NCBI GenBank assembly: GCA_038496445.1 | Contig: JALMLS010000325.1 | Location: 12,436-76,435 of the forward strand | DNA length: 64,000 bases | Reading direction: 5' to 3' | Source of the DNA: Trichosphaerium sp. ATCC 40318 | Lineage: Eukaryota > Protista > Tubulinea | Shown here: in pieces, positions 12,734-24,394 of the stretch | How positions within the stretch are numbered: the stretch's first letter is position 1 | Layout: the number at the start of each line of letters is the position of its first letter | Translations under genes and position numbers: made by a program | Notes under the pieces: model-generated | Seen by the model: the letters and a program-made list of their open reading frames with translations, nothing else | The model's database searches: none | Told to the model about the DNA's origin: nothing

Positions 12734-14776
12734 ATGGCTTGGGTGTCAAGAGCGCGTTATGCGTGTAAGCGCTGTACAACGTATAAGGAACGCGTTACGA
12801 AGCGAACAAAGCCTGTGAGCCTCTCTGTAGCAAAAACGCATAGAATAGTGAGAAACAATGTAAGGCCTACCCTACGCGTTGCTACATACTGCGCGGGGAA
12901 TCACCAAGGGTAAAAGAAAAATAATGTAATTTCAACATTAAATAATGCTAGGCTCTGGGAGCAGCGAACAACTGAGTCCAAGGAGGTATACACGCCGCGT
13001 CAGCGAGTATAACATTCTTTAGGCCGATTTTAAGCTTATGTCCGACCAAGTGCAGCGTTTGCAAATGACAGGCAAATTAGACGAAGCAGCGCGTATTTTG
13101 GAAGTGTATAAAGTCGAAAAAGGCGATTCACGATGTTACGGTATGTTGGGTGACTTGTATAGAGCTATGGGCAGGAACGACGAGGCGATTCACAACTTAG
13201 AGATTGCACGCACCCTTTTTACGTCAAAAACTATCGCTTACTCTCAACTAAGGCTGTCAAGTACTTTCCACGCTATTTACCTGGCTATATTTCATTAGCA
13301 GAGTACGTAATGAGAGATTACAAGCAATTAAAATATTAATTCACGCTTACAGAGTAATGTACAAAGCGGGTAACTCAGATGACGCTCATCGCGTATTGGA
13401 TCAAGTAGAGAGCGTTGAGCCAAGGGTAAGATTCAGGAATTTCAAGGATTGAAATGGAATGACATTTCTTTTTTTTTTTTTTTTTTTTTGAGATTTCTGT
13501 TGTTGACACTCTTGCTCTTTTTTTTAGTTTGTTAAAGCGAAATTGACTAGAGCGCGATTACGTGCGCATGATGGAGATATAGAAGGTGCTATACAAGCTC
13601 TTGATGAGATGTTTGCAAAGGAGCCTGAAAATTTAGAAATGCTTCGCTTGATGGGTGAATTAGCTATTATGGGCCAGAAGTTTTTTAGAGCAGGTGAGGT
13701 AAGTTGTATTGAGCTAGTTAAGTTGAATGCCATCTAAATATCTACAAAAGGTATTCAAAAGGATATTGAAGGTGGATCCTGGAGATGTAAGGTCCATTGA
13801 AGCACTTGCAATGTTGTACCATCAAAAGGTAAAAAGTCAATTTTTTTTCTTATTTTGTTTACTGAATTTATCTTTTAGAGTGATCATAAACGCGCTCTTG
13901 AACTATACACAAAGGCTGTAGAGAAGAGGCCAGTTAATCTAAGTGATATTTACGCTAAAAGAGGCGCTTGTTTCGCAGATATTCGTAATTTTGATGCTGC
14001 ATTTGAAGATTGCTGTAATGCGCTTAACTTAGATGTACGTATTTATTTTATGCGTCAGAGACGCATTTGAGAACATTCTGATTTTTACTTTTTTTTTCAT
14101 CGATAGGCTAAAACGTATCGTGGTTATTTAATCAGGGCTATGGTGTATATGGTTAGAAAGGAATGGGACAAGGCTATAGATGACTACTATAGCTACTTAA
14201 AATTATTAGCAGACTTGTACGTTGTAGTATTGTCCGTATGGACAGCAATAGCATCGAGCTGTTGTTTCCTCTGTTAAGTTGCATGCTTTTTTACTTAAGT
14301 TTTTTTTCAGGGATAAGCTGCGTCCAGGCCAAACTATTGCAGCAGATGAAAGAGCATGGAAAGAAGAAAGATTTGCGATTTATAGCAAAATTGTCAAAGC
14401 TCATTTGAACAAATTCAAACAAAACCTACCTAAGGATAGACGAAAACGTCTATCTAAGCTATCTAACCAAGTACAAGTATCAAAACAAAAGGTTGTAGAA
14501 AAAGACCCTCAGCGCGTAGCTGAGCGTGATTACTTGGCCAAAATTCAAAGAGAAAATGCTTCTTCTGACTCTGACGTTGCTGAAAGACTAAAAGAAAAGA
14601 TTTTAGAACCTATTAGTAGAAAGTATGTTGATCACGTAAACGGTATCGCGCTTGCAACGCGTGATGTAGAACTAAAAGAGGCTGGAACCCGTTTAAATGA
14701 TATGTGGATTATAGATCCTTCTAGTGATGAACTCTTTTCTTTGCTTAAAGACTTGCATGCGTGCGCAAGCGTGTAA
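12734..14776 (+). CDS. TPR-repeat protein, spliced, divergent from SF3B3; start uncertain
   Basis: TPR helices (YGMLGDLYRAMGRNDEAIHNLEIA; ALELYTKAVEKRP...IYAKRGACFA...AAFEDCCNALNLD; GYLIRAMVYMVRKEWDKAIDDY) across GT-AG exons. Confidence 0.75.
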
Positions 14777-15204
14777 CAAATAAAAATAAAATCTCAAAAA
14801 AAAGAAGAAAAAAAAACCCAACATTTCATTCAAATAACAAATCAAGTCAATCAAGTCAACCACTGATACACATCTTGATGTATCTGAAATGGATTTTGCC
14901 TTTGTTCAAATCAACAAATTTTGTATTTGCATGTTGTGAGTACTCATTGTTTTGTTGTACTAATGTGAGGTCAACAAAATTGTCGTGCACAGTGGTTACA
15001 GATAAATCAGCCATAAATTACATTAAAAGTGACTAGTTCTTCAATTGGGCAGCCTTCACTCAAGAATGGCATGCTTCCTTGCTTAGGTACAAGGCTTGAT
15101 TTGAATGTATTGAAATGCATTCAGCTGTACTGTACGTGAGTAAAATTAGACTTTATTTTTAAGATAAATAACATTACAAACACAGTGCATTTGGATGGAT
15201 TGAA

Positions 15205-15927
15205 TTAATGGTCGCTCATTCCAAAAATAAAGGAATTCAAAGTCTTATAAACTCTGTGAGCCCCACTTAACCATTTATCAATACCCTCATCTGTAACTGA
15301 TGTAGCATAAAGGTATATTGTATGAACACCAGAAAGCGCTTTTATACCTTCATCTGTAATATTTTCACATGCACTGAGATTAATAGTATGAACTCCAGAA
15401 AGAGCCTTAATGCCTTCATCAGTTATATTACAACCACAAAGATCAATAGTATGAACACCTTTAAGTGCTTTGACTCCTTCATCTGTTATACCTTCACAAC
15501 TATTAATGCTAATTGTATGAACACCTTTCAATGCTTTAATCCCTTCATCTGTTACTTTAGTATATTTGAGGTACATAGTATGAACACCAGCGAATTCTTT
15601 TACAACACTATCATTAACTTGCTCGCCAAAAAGAGTTATCTTTGTTTGCTGTAGAGCACTAGCATGTTTTAGCATTGCTTTAGCTTCATTCATGGTCCTA
15701 AGTGTAACACTTTTATATCCGATAATGTCATGAACGATGGAAGCGAGGTAATGGCATGTTTGGCAAGCTGCAAATCGCGCTTTTGTCGTGTGTCGTAAAA
15801 TATGAGCTAGTATCTCTGTAGGTAGATCCAGAATGGTTGGCAATGAACTAAAAGATGTCAGATTAGCAAAGAGAGCAATTTATTGTATTTACCTGTGTAA
15901 TGCGGTGACTAAGCGTTGTTTAGACAT
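15205..15927 (-). CDS. F-box + 21/22-aa LRR protein with one 5' intron
   Basis: Exon 1 MSKQRLVTALH (15893-15927), phase-2 intron 15848-15892, then LDLPTEILAHIL (F-box-like) and repeats of ITDEGIKALxGVHTIxL. Confidence 0.8.
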
Positions 15928-16295
15928 ACCGTAACTGTACACTATAATTCTGGCGAGCGAATGACTTCTACAATGATTTTTCGCCAAACTTACGCTTTCG
16001 TGCGACAAGACTTTGATAGGCAAACTGGCATTTCTAAGAAAATATTAATTGTCCTCAGACTCTAGTTGGTAGGTTGTTACGATCATCAAAACGGTAAGAC
16101 ACGTGCCATTTGAAGAAATATACTAGTTATATTTTTTTCTATGAAAACATGTCAAACTGTAGCGTATTTTAGCGTCAGAAGGAAATCAACATAACCAACC
16201 TTGTGCGTAGTTTCTGGAAAGTGTATTTTCGCGGATTTATGTTTAAGGCGCTTTGTTAACAACTTAACGTCAAAAACCAAAAAACTCACCAAGAG

Positions 16296-17600
16296 ATGAC
16301 CTCCACGCTTGATTTTGTCGTTAATTCTATGCTCCCAGCTAATGAGGAGGATACAGAAAGCCTTGCAGAGCATCAAAAGGCCGTAGAAATGTACAACAAC
16401 ATAGACAAGCAAAGACTTCCAGAAAAAAAAGTTGAGATCGCTTTGAATGTTTTAAACACGCTTTCTTACTACACCGTCAAAATTCCCGCCTATCGCGTCA
16501 TTGCATACCTCGGTACTGAAAGCGATCTTCAAGAAGCTTTGAGCCGTATACGTTACCTTACAAAGAGACTTTGCTTGGAATATCCTCCAACAAATGACTA
16601 TGAGTTCGAAGGTGCCGCAATCCATGCTTTGATTTTATACAAGTTGGGTGAAACCGAGAGCGCTTATAGCAAATGTCAGATTGCTCAGTTATATTCGGAT
16701 GGCACAAATCCAACAGGGAAAAGGATAACGAAGGACATCAAAGTCATTACTGATGATATTCACTTCGAAGAATGGAAATTAAAATCGTACTTGGCACCTT
16801 TGTGGAGTTTTGATAGTGATGAAGGTCTAATGAAGATTAAACAAGTACCTATCATCTGCGAGAGTAAAGAAGTGTTTGATCAAGGTGTTTCGAATACATC
16901 AAGTGCAGATTTTGGTCAAGGAGAGCAGCATTCTCTGTGTCCTGCTGGGTTTCTTAGCGCGAAGGAATTTGATGTCCACCACTTGGTTGTCACTGCTGGA
17001 GACATTCAACGCATTCAAAGATTCTGTGGGCCTTCTAGAGATATATGTCAAGCATCGTATAAGTCTACTATATCCCATCCGATGGAAGCAATCTCAGCGT
17101 TGATCATTTCTTTGCGTTCTAAAATTGCTGAAGAATGTACAAATAATTTTATCAAAGTTATTTCAACTTTCTCTGAAGAGTCCGTTGTCAGTTCTATCAC
17201 AGATGCTATCCCTGATAATAGAGAACCAAGTCAAAATAATGGAAGCATGGTATTCCGAGCGACAATGAGTCAAAGTGTACCAGGAGATGTACCAGCCGAA
17301 CAACAAGAAGATGCAAAAGAGAATCATCGACTTATTTTTTGTCAATCAGTCTTCTCTATTACAAATTGCCGTCTTGTTAAACCAAATGATTCATGGTTTC
17401 AGGCTGTGAATATCGCTTTGGCTAGCCTTGGATCTTCAGTCGTTGTTGCAAGCAGACCAGATATCCAACTTGATAGACGACAACTCCCATACCCTTACTC
17501 TGTTTTCACTGTGACTAACACTCAAAGTAAGAAAGCGTTTCTTACTATAGTGGATGAAAAGGGTAGAATTATGTTTTCTGATGTTAGACCTACACAATGA
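16296..17600 (+). CDS. Intronless hypothetical protein, 434 aa, helical/TPR-like N-terminal half
   Basis: Long uninterrupted ATG-to-TGA ORF; AIHALILYKLGETESAYSKCQIA resembles a TPR; no family recognised. Confidence 0.7.
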   Translation: MTSTLDFVVNSMLPANEEDTESLAEHQKAVEMYNNIDKQRLPEKKVEIALNVLNTLSYYTVKIPAYRVIAYLGTESDLQEALSRIRYLTKRLCLEYPPTNDYEFEGAAIHALILYKLGETESAYSKCQIAQLYSDGTNPTGKRITKDIKVITDDIHFEEWKLKSYLAPLWSFDSDEGLMKIKQVPIICESKEVFDQGVSNTSSADFGQGEQHSLCPAGFLSAKEFDVHHLVVTAGDIQRIQRFCGPSRDICQASYKSTISHPMEAISALIISLRSKIAEECTNNFIKVISTFSEESVVSSITDAIPDNREPSQNNGSMVFRATMSQSVPGDVPAEQQEDAKENHRLIFCQSVFSITNCRLVKPNDSWFQAVNIALASLGSSVVVASRPDIQLDRRQLPYPYSVFTVTNTQSKKAFLTIVDEKGRIMFSDVRPTQ

Positions 17601-17883
17601 ACGAAGATTTAGAACATTGTACACTCACAGTTATGGCGCACAACAAAAATAAAATCAGATGTAGTATTTTTTTTTCTTTGTTTTTGGTTTTCGTTACTCT
17701 TTTCCTTACGCTAGAGAAGACAGTTTACATTAACCTTGCTTGTTATTGTAAAATAATTTATTTTCAAAACTTGTGATTGGGTTTTCGGCTCTTCATTTAT
17801 CCTGGCACTCTGCAGTGGCTCGAGAAAAACCAACAACATTTGGATTTTTGGCTTGTAACCATTTTATTTTTGCAAAAAAAAAA

Positions 17884-18531
17884 TCACGTGTTGTTCGCCA
17901 AAACAGCATAGACAACAATCAAATAGATAATTACTATGCTTACTGATAAGCCGCAACTAATACCGAAGCCAATGATGGCACCCTTGCGCCTAAAAAAACC
18001 CGTTAAAGTAAGAACAACGAAAAACAAACAACATTGTCTAAATAGACGCTGTTGGTTCAAACCAAAAAGTATCCACGTACCCTCTCTTGCTTTGTGGGAA
18101 TACGCACATAGATATCAACAATCCAATAAGACCCAACCAGAAACTCAAAATACAACCAACCCAAAAATCAGATTGAGTTCCTAAATTGAAGTTAACGGTC
18201 TTTTAGTCACGTGACTTTTTCTAAAACAATCAAACGAAGCTCTTACCTTCATCGCCTGCGGTGGCATTTACGTGTACGATGGTTTGTGCAGGAGCTGGGT
18301 TATACCCAGTCGGTTGGTACTAGAATACTGAGTTAGAGTGCGGCTAGTAGTCGTCCGTGAAAGCAAAGATGATTTCATGATAGCCTGTAATTTCGCGAAA
18401 GCCTTTTTGTTTTTAAAACGTACGTATTGCTGCTGTCCCTGTTGGTGTACTAGAGGTGAATTTGGGTTGTATTGTGGTTGTGGAGTGGGTTGATATGCTG
18501 CCTGAGGTTGTTGTTGCTGTTGATACGCCAT
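17884..18531 (-). CDS. Small membrane protein with Q/P/Y-rich N-terminus
   Basis: Spliced: MAYQQQQQPQAAYQP...|YQPTGYNPAPAQTIVHVNATAGDE|GTQSDFWVGCILSFWLGLIGLLISMCVFPQSKR|RKGAIIGFGISCGLSVSIVIIYLIVVYAVLANNT*. Confidence 0.7.
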
Positions 18532-19021
18532 TATGAAGTGCAGTAGTGTGATGTGATGCGTGGTATTTGAAAAAATAAAAAAAACTGCTAAGTCAACTTG
18601 TACACCTTTCACACCGCTTCATAATTCTACTACAGAGTCGTATGTGAAACACCATTGTAACAAAAGATATCAGTATTAAGCTCCTTTCGCAGTTTTTTAG
18701 GAAATAGTGACACAGTCCCGTGCTACACAAGGCAATATTCATAGAATTCCCAAAGAACCACAAGAGAAGTTACAATGACGTTCGCATTGCCAGTATTCGG
18801 ACCAACTACCAATAGTGCCAAGGGCCAGTGGTTTATCAGATACTTACAGATTCAAATCAAGGCTTTGTCCAATAAACTAAGTTCAAAGGCGGATTTGACT
18901 TGAAATACGCCATTTTTATTGTAGTGTAAGGAAGTGGTCTTGACCGCTTTTTGTCGTAGCTGTAAGCTAGACTTCCTAATAGTAGCGCTAAGCTTACTTT
19001 TTAAAAGGCCGCTCTGATTTG

Positions 19022-19242
19022 TAGCACGCACGTGACTTTCTACTTTTATGCTCACATAAATTACTTCACAAGGATACACTAATGGTATAGCTTGCAGACT
19101 TGCACAAGGCTACCTATGCTCACAAAACATCCCGAAAAATCAGGCTTAGCGCTAAAACAAAATAGCGTTATTTCAGGTCAAATCCATCCAGTACTCTAGT
19201 CGACTTCTATTTGACACATGGTTTTTACTATCTTTTAAACTT
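19022..19242. repeat. Non-coding block upstream of an F-box-LRR gene, duplicated in inverted orientation at ~58308-58520
   Basis: CACGTGACTTTCTACTTTTATGC...GCTTGCAGACTTGCACAAGGCTACCTATGCTC...GTCGACTTCTATTTG closely matches the reverse complement of 58308-58520. Confidence 0.9.
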
Positions 19243-19890
19243 AGATAAAACAAAAGCTCTTCAAGCTAACACCGTCAAACAGCAAACACATGGCACACAG
19301 AATGATGGTAGCATACATGACACTACTATACCGAAGATATCGCATTAGGTGTAAAGATGATATTGAACACAAGAAGAAAGAGTATTGGAGCTTTCATCAA
19401 CCCTAGGTTGCTCAGGATAGCGGATCCAAAGATAAAGAAGATTCTGGGCTTGTAGGCTTCGGCTTGTAAGTTCCAGATAGACTCAGAAATTGGTAAAACA
19501 TAAACAGTAGATAGAACATATATTGGTACAAAGATAAGATGATGATAATGATGTCCCTGGAACACGATGATTTATGAAAACCTACATGGAACGTGGTAAC
19601 ACTTGATCTAAGATAAATGGCTCTGTAATTATAGTTATCAGCCGCAAGATGAAAATAGGGCTGCGTCACACCTTTCAAACTTAATAGCGCTGTACGATGG
19701 CCTGAAGAAATGTGCTCCTGGTGAGACTTTTGTTGACGTTAAAATACAAAATTAATAAACAGATTTCTCACATTTTACTTGCGTTCACATCACTTAAGAT
19801 TTGCACTGCAGGCTATTCATAACGGGAGCACCAATAACAGCAAGGCAGCAATCTGCTTAGGCAATAATTAAAGAAATAAGTGTCGAACAG

Positions 19891-20889
19891 ATGGAAAATA
19901 CCGCAACTGAGCTTACAGCACTCCCAGTCGAAGTAATCGCTCATATTCTCAAACAAGGAACATTTACACTGCGCTCAGCGCAGACGTGCCGCTTATTACG
20001 TGATATCGTCCATAATATCATCGGATATGGCAAAATATTTGTCAAATCTGAAAGCGCAGCGAAAATCCTTTCAGGAAGTCCTTTGCTGAAGAATACCAAA
20101 ATCTCTTTTCTTCTAAACTTTAGAGAGCACGTGAATGACAACTATCTGAAACTCCTCGCAGGAGCACATACTATCAACCTAGGTAACTGTCAGTCAATAA
20201 CAGATGATGGTATCAAGGCATTGTCAGGCGTACATACTGTTGATCTAAGTTTATGTAAGTCTATAACAGATGAGAGTTTAAAGGCATTGGCTTGTGTACA
20301 TACTATTTATTTATCAGACACAAATGTAACAGATGAAGGCATCATGGCTTTAGCCGGTGTACACAAGATTGTTTTAAGATTCACAAAAGTAACAGATGAG
20401 GGTTTAAAGGCATTGGCTGGTGTACATACTATTGCTTTAGAAAGTACAAAAGTAACAGATAAAGGTATCATGGCTTTAGCCGGTGTACACAAGATTGATT
20501 TAAGAAACACAAAAGTAACAGATGAGGGTTTAAAGGCATTGGCTGGTGTACATACTATCTGCTTATTTAATTGTTCATCAATAACAGACAAAGGTATAGT
20601 TTTTTTGGCAGGTGCACGTGTTATCGATTTATCGCACACAAAGCTAACAGATGAGGGTTTAAAGGCATTGGCTGGTGTACATGAGATTTATTTAGTATGT
20701 ACAAATGTAACAGATGAAGGTATAGCTTTTTTGGCAGGTGTACACAAGATTGATTTATCACAGACAAATGTAACAGATGAAGGTTTGAAGGCGTTGGTAG
20801 GTGTACATGAAATTTCTGTTAAATTATGTAACTTTATTACAGAAAAGGGTATCGAGGTGTTACATGATACACACAAAATATATATGTAA
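19891..20889 (+). CDS. F-box + LRR protein (332 aa), paralog of 56903-58147
   Basis: LPVEVIAHIL F-box-like start; ~11 tandem 63/66-bp repeats VTDEGLKALAGVHxIxLxxT; no intron in the ORF. Confidence 0.85.
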   Translation: MENTATELTALPVEVIAHILKQGTFTLRSAQTCRLLRDIVHNIIGYGKIFVKSESAAKILSGSPLLKNTKISFLLNFREHVNDNYLKLLAGAHTINLGNCQSITDDGIKALSGVHTVDLSLCKSITDESLKALACVHTIYLSDTNVTDEGIMALAGVHKIVLRFTKVTDEGLKALAGVHTIALESTKVTDKGIMALAGVHKIDLRNTKVTDEGLKALAGVHTICLFNCSSITDKGIVFLAGARVIDLSHTKLTDEGLKALAGVHEIYLVCTNVTDEGIAFLAGVHKIDLSQTNVTDEGLKALVGVHEISVKLCNFITEKGIEVLHDTHKIYM

Positions 20890-20909
20890 TAAAATACATT
20901 GTTTAAATT

Positions 20910-21240
20910 ACTAGAGAAAATAACTGTAGCACATGTCTATGAACTGCTATCAGGTGTGCAAAAGCATTTTTGATGTACCTGTGGCTACATTTAAGACAGT
21001 TAGAAAAGCCAACCATTTTGCAAAAACAGATTCAGGTTTGAAGGCTTCGGCAGGTGTATATGAGATTTATCACACGTGGCTGTAACCGATTCAAATTTGA
21101 AGGTGCTGGCACGTGCACATAAAATTTCTCTGCAAGCTTGTGCATCCATAAGAGATGAAGGCATAAAGGCGCTGGCTTTCATACAATCTATCTTTTTGAG
21201 TTTCGTATAAAAATCACTGACAAAGGAATCAAAGTCATAG
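20910..21240 (+). pseudogene. Decayed LRR repeats downstream of the stop codon
   Basis: Frameshifted remnants TDSGLKASAGVYEI, VTDSNLKVLARAHKISLQACASIRDEGIKALA, ITDKGIK. The first part is also present at 56655-56880 and 61250-61472. Confidence 0.75.
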
Positions 21241-21744
21241 TATTAGTGTTTAGGAACTACTAGTAGGTGGCACCACTCTCGTGTTTAACAGAAGAAGGGC
21301 AATCTTAACTAGTAATCAAAATATGAATGAAGGATGTGGAACATTTCAAGCGTTTGGTTGATTGTCTAGAAATGCGTACCTTACAAGTTAGATTCATGCG
21401 TTCTTGTTGATCTACGATACCAGATTGGAGGAGAGAATACGTCTCAGTCATCTTAGATCCCTGGATCACGTAGCGAGACCCTTCCCAAGCCTTACAACCA
21501 TGAAGGCACTTCTTCTCAACACTTTTTGAATTGTAATCTGCCATTGTATAGTGCTACTTGCCGATGTTGTTTTACGATACTACCGTACTTAAACAACTAC
21601 CTCTCACTTTTCAAACGCCAGTAAAATACAAATTTATACTGTCACAATAAAGATGATAGCGAGCAATAATCACAACAGCCTAACCTTTTCATCTTTTTTT
21701 TTTTTCAAAATGTTCACACGAGTCTCCTTAGGTGTAGAATAAAT

Positions 21745-22500
21745 TTGCTCATTTCGAACCCCGATGGTCGCTATGCTACGTTTAAACTAGACTTGACGGT
21801 CACAGACACCAATGGATTCTTGAATTACATCTTTAACTGGGTACAACTCCAGTATGCCTCAAACGCTAATGTTCAAGCAAACGATAAACTCATCTCTGGT
21901 TTCTTCGATAATACTCAAAGAATAAGACAAGAATATGTTGTGTTGATCAAACAAACAGGGTACTACGTCATGAAGTTCAATATCATAACGAACAACTGGG
22001 ATATCCTCTCGAGCTCAAGCAACGGACAGATTTACTGGTGGGTTATTAATCAATCGAGTGACAAGTACATTGTAGGAGGATTCGAAAACCAAGCAGATGA
22101 CCTCCTCCTTTGTGTTAATCCTAACGGATGGCATCATCTCATGAAATTAAACCCAGCAACAAATACCTTCCAGTTCATCGAAGGTGGCTCAAACGGCAAA
22201 ATTGGCACATGGACAATCGGTCATCACAACAGATTTCTTGCGGGCAGGTTTGACCGTTCAATCGGCGGAATATATTCGCATCACTTGCTCGCTATTGATC
22301 CAAGTGGTAATTCCAAAACACTTAGACTAGTAAATAACCATTGGACGCAAGTAGCAACGAACAACGGAGATGGTAGGATTGCTGGATGGCATATTGGTTG
22401 GGGTGATCACTATGTACGAGTTGAATCATTTCTTGTAGACCGATATAGAGTACTAGCATTTAACAACGGTGGCTGGTGGAAAAGTATGCAACTGTTGTAA
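21745..22500 (+). CDS. Trp/Gly/Asn-rich beta-repeat (FG-GAP/VCBS-like propeller) protein; 5' end not found
   Basis: Three ~55-aa repeats NGQIYWWVI..SDKYIVGGF, NGKIGTWTI..NRFLAGRF, DGRIAGWHI..DHYVRVESF, each followed by LLxxNxxG. No ATG near the start and no upstream exon identified. Confidence 0.55.
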   Translation: MLISNPDGRYATFKLDLTVTDTNGFLNYIFNWVQLQYASNANVQANDKLISGFFDNTQRIRQEYVVLIKQTGYYVMKFNIITNNWDILSSSSNGQIYWWVINQSSDKYIVGGFENQADDLLLCVNPNGWHHLMKLNPATNTFQFIEGGSNGKIGTWTIGHHNRFLAGRFDRSIGGIYSHHLLAIDPSGNSKTLRLVNNHWTQVATNNGDGRIAGWHIGWGDHYVRVESFLVDRYRVLAFNNGGWWKSMQLL

Positions 22501-22624
22501 ATAAACTGAATGTTTTACCCTGTTTCTGTTACTTTTTGTGCTTCTTGTTCAAAGTGAGTAACGCTCCAGACTCTTATATTCCTTGACTTAACCCTTAAAT
22601 GTACTTTATAAAATATCTTTATAT

Positions 22625-23487
22625 CCCATGGGCGGACACACTGTTTTTGGTGAAAGTACACAATTTTTTTTGACCTATATTTTTCCATCTCTTCAAGCTA
22701 AACAGCATAATATCATACCATTTTGTCACCAATATGCAATACTATCTATTTACAAACCAAAAGTTTATACAATTGATTGGGTGGTGCGGCAGAGCATTGT
22801 CAAAAAAGTCAATTTTTACTTTTTAACACAAAATTACTTTTATAGTTCAAAGGCAGTTTACTCATATTTTTCAAAATCTATTATTGCCATACGTGCTAAA
22901 AGGTTTTAGTTGTACATGTAAAAACTAAACAAAGAGTTCTATTAATATACACAGCAGCATTTTACAATTATTTTAGAGGCCCAAAAGTGATTTTGACACT
23001 CAAATTCCTCCCTTACTCCTACAGTCATTTCAATATTTAAACAAGAGCATATACAACATGTTAAGAAACTGGTATTGGATTTACACTTTTACATAGTTAA
23101 GCAGGCCCGAAAAATGAACACAAAAGTGGCTTTTTTACCATTTTGAAACATCCTCACAAACAGATGATTAATAATTTTTTTAGTTCTTTAATGTTTATAG
23201 ACGGGTACAAAGGTCTTGTAAATCACATATAGTGTGAAGGGAAAGAGTTATTTTTTAGATGGTCCACAGTGTGCATGCAAAGTTGACACGTCGAAATTTG
23301 TAACTTTGCAAAAAAACGCTCTAGCTTGCAACCCAACCACTTTGATTACCCCTTGATATTCACACATATATTAGTATAGATGGTATATTTGTGGCTAACT
23401 TTATGGCATGTTTAAGTAAATATACATGAAAATATGGTGTCATTAAGTGTGTGTCCCTTCACCAGAAAAAGTGTGTCCCTTCACGGG
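22625..23487. mobile_element. Non-autonomous DNA transposon (863 bp), CCC...GGG termini, ATAT flanking repeat, ~60-bp imperfect TIRs
   Basis: Left CCCATGGGCGGACACACTGTTTTTGGTGAAAGTACACA vs reverse complement of right CCCGTGAAGGGACACACTTTTTCTGGTGAAGGGACACA. ATAT at 22621-22624 and 23488-23491. No transposase ORF. Confidence 0.8.
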
Positions 23488-23913
23488 ATATTCAACTCTG
23501 TTACGTTATCTCTAAACCTTACAATGTGCTTTTTGTCGGGTTTTAAAATGACCACTGTGACTTTGATAAAAGGCTGTTGACCTTCGCATTCTCACGAAGC
23601 AGGCACTTTCCGGTTGCCTTTAGCAAGTATTACAATGTACATTCGAAGTAGCCAAGGCAGCTATCAAACTAGGTATAGCAATCAATTGTACACATAACTC
23701 ATACTATTAATTACAATGAAAATAGAATTAAAAAGTTAAATAACTCATTGTCACTCTTTGCAATTACAAACGCCTCAACAAGTTGTTAAACACTATCATG
23801 CTAATATTACAACTCACAACAGGTTTTCCTTACATAGAGAACGCGAAAACGGTTGGCTAGGTTGTTTTTGTCAAAGATATTCATGTTTAAACAGTTCGTT
23901 ACAGCGTTTAACT

Positions 23914-24280
23914 ATGTCGCTGTTTCAGTACACCCTGATTTTGTGTTGTACAGCATTTATATCAACAGTTCTATGCTCTCAAGTACAAAAAGGAAAATAT
24001 GATGTCACGTGGACAACACCAAGCACAGACGCCTATGGTACGTACTTTCTTTGGTAACAATAACGTTGAGAAGAAAAAAAATACCTTCAACGTATCTCTA
24101 ACGGTTTAAAAGGATCTATGCCTATTGGTAACGGCGATATTGGCGCAAACGTTTGGGCTTTGGTAAGGGTGATGGCTAAATCATTTCTCCTTAGTATTTG
24201 TTAGTCGAATGGCACTGTATCTGTTTTATTAAGCAAAACTGACGCGTGGAGTGAAACAGGGACCCTGCAGTTAATTAAAG
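23914..24280 (+). pseudogene. 3'-truncated secreted GH95-like/DUF5703 glycoside hydrolase (N-terminal ~80 aa only)
   Basis: Signal peptide MSLFQYTLILCCTAFISTVLC, then YDVTWTTPSTDAY|GSMPIGNGDIGANVWAL|SNGTVSVLLSKTDAWSETGTLQLIK. It runs into the 3' end of the convergent GST about 110 bp later. Confidence 0.7.
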
Positions 24281-24394
24281 GTGTACACAAATTTAGTCTG
24301 TTAGAATGTAAGCAAGTGACTTGATGAAGTTTTAGGTGCATTGAGAGAAAAGTTAGTTATTTAACAAGTCAAACACAACAAATCAACATGTTAT

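Noticed and set aside
20307-20876. Antisense ORFs over LRR/MORN genes (also 15322-15654, 57150-57671, 59113-59535, 54913-55134)
   Set aside because: Shadow frames of repetitive coding sequence.
21305-21544. 79-aa minus-strand ATG ORF
   Set aside because: No motif and no resolvable downstream exons; cannot be supported as a gene.
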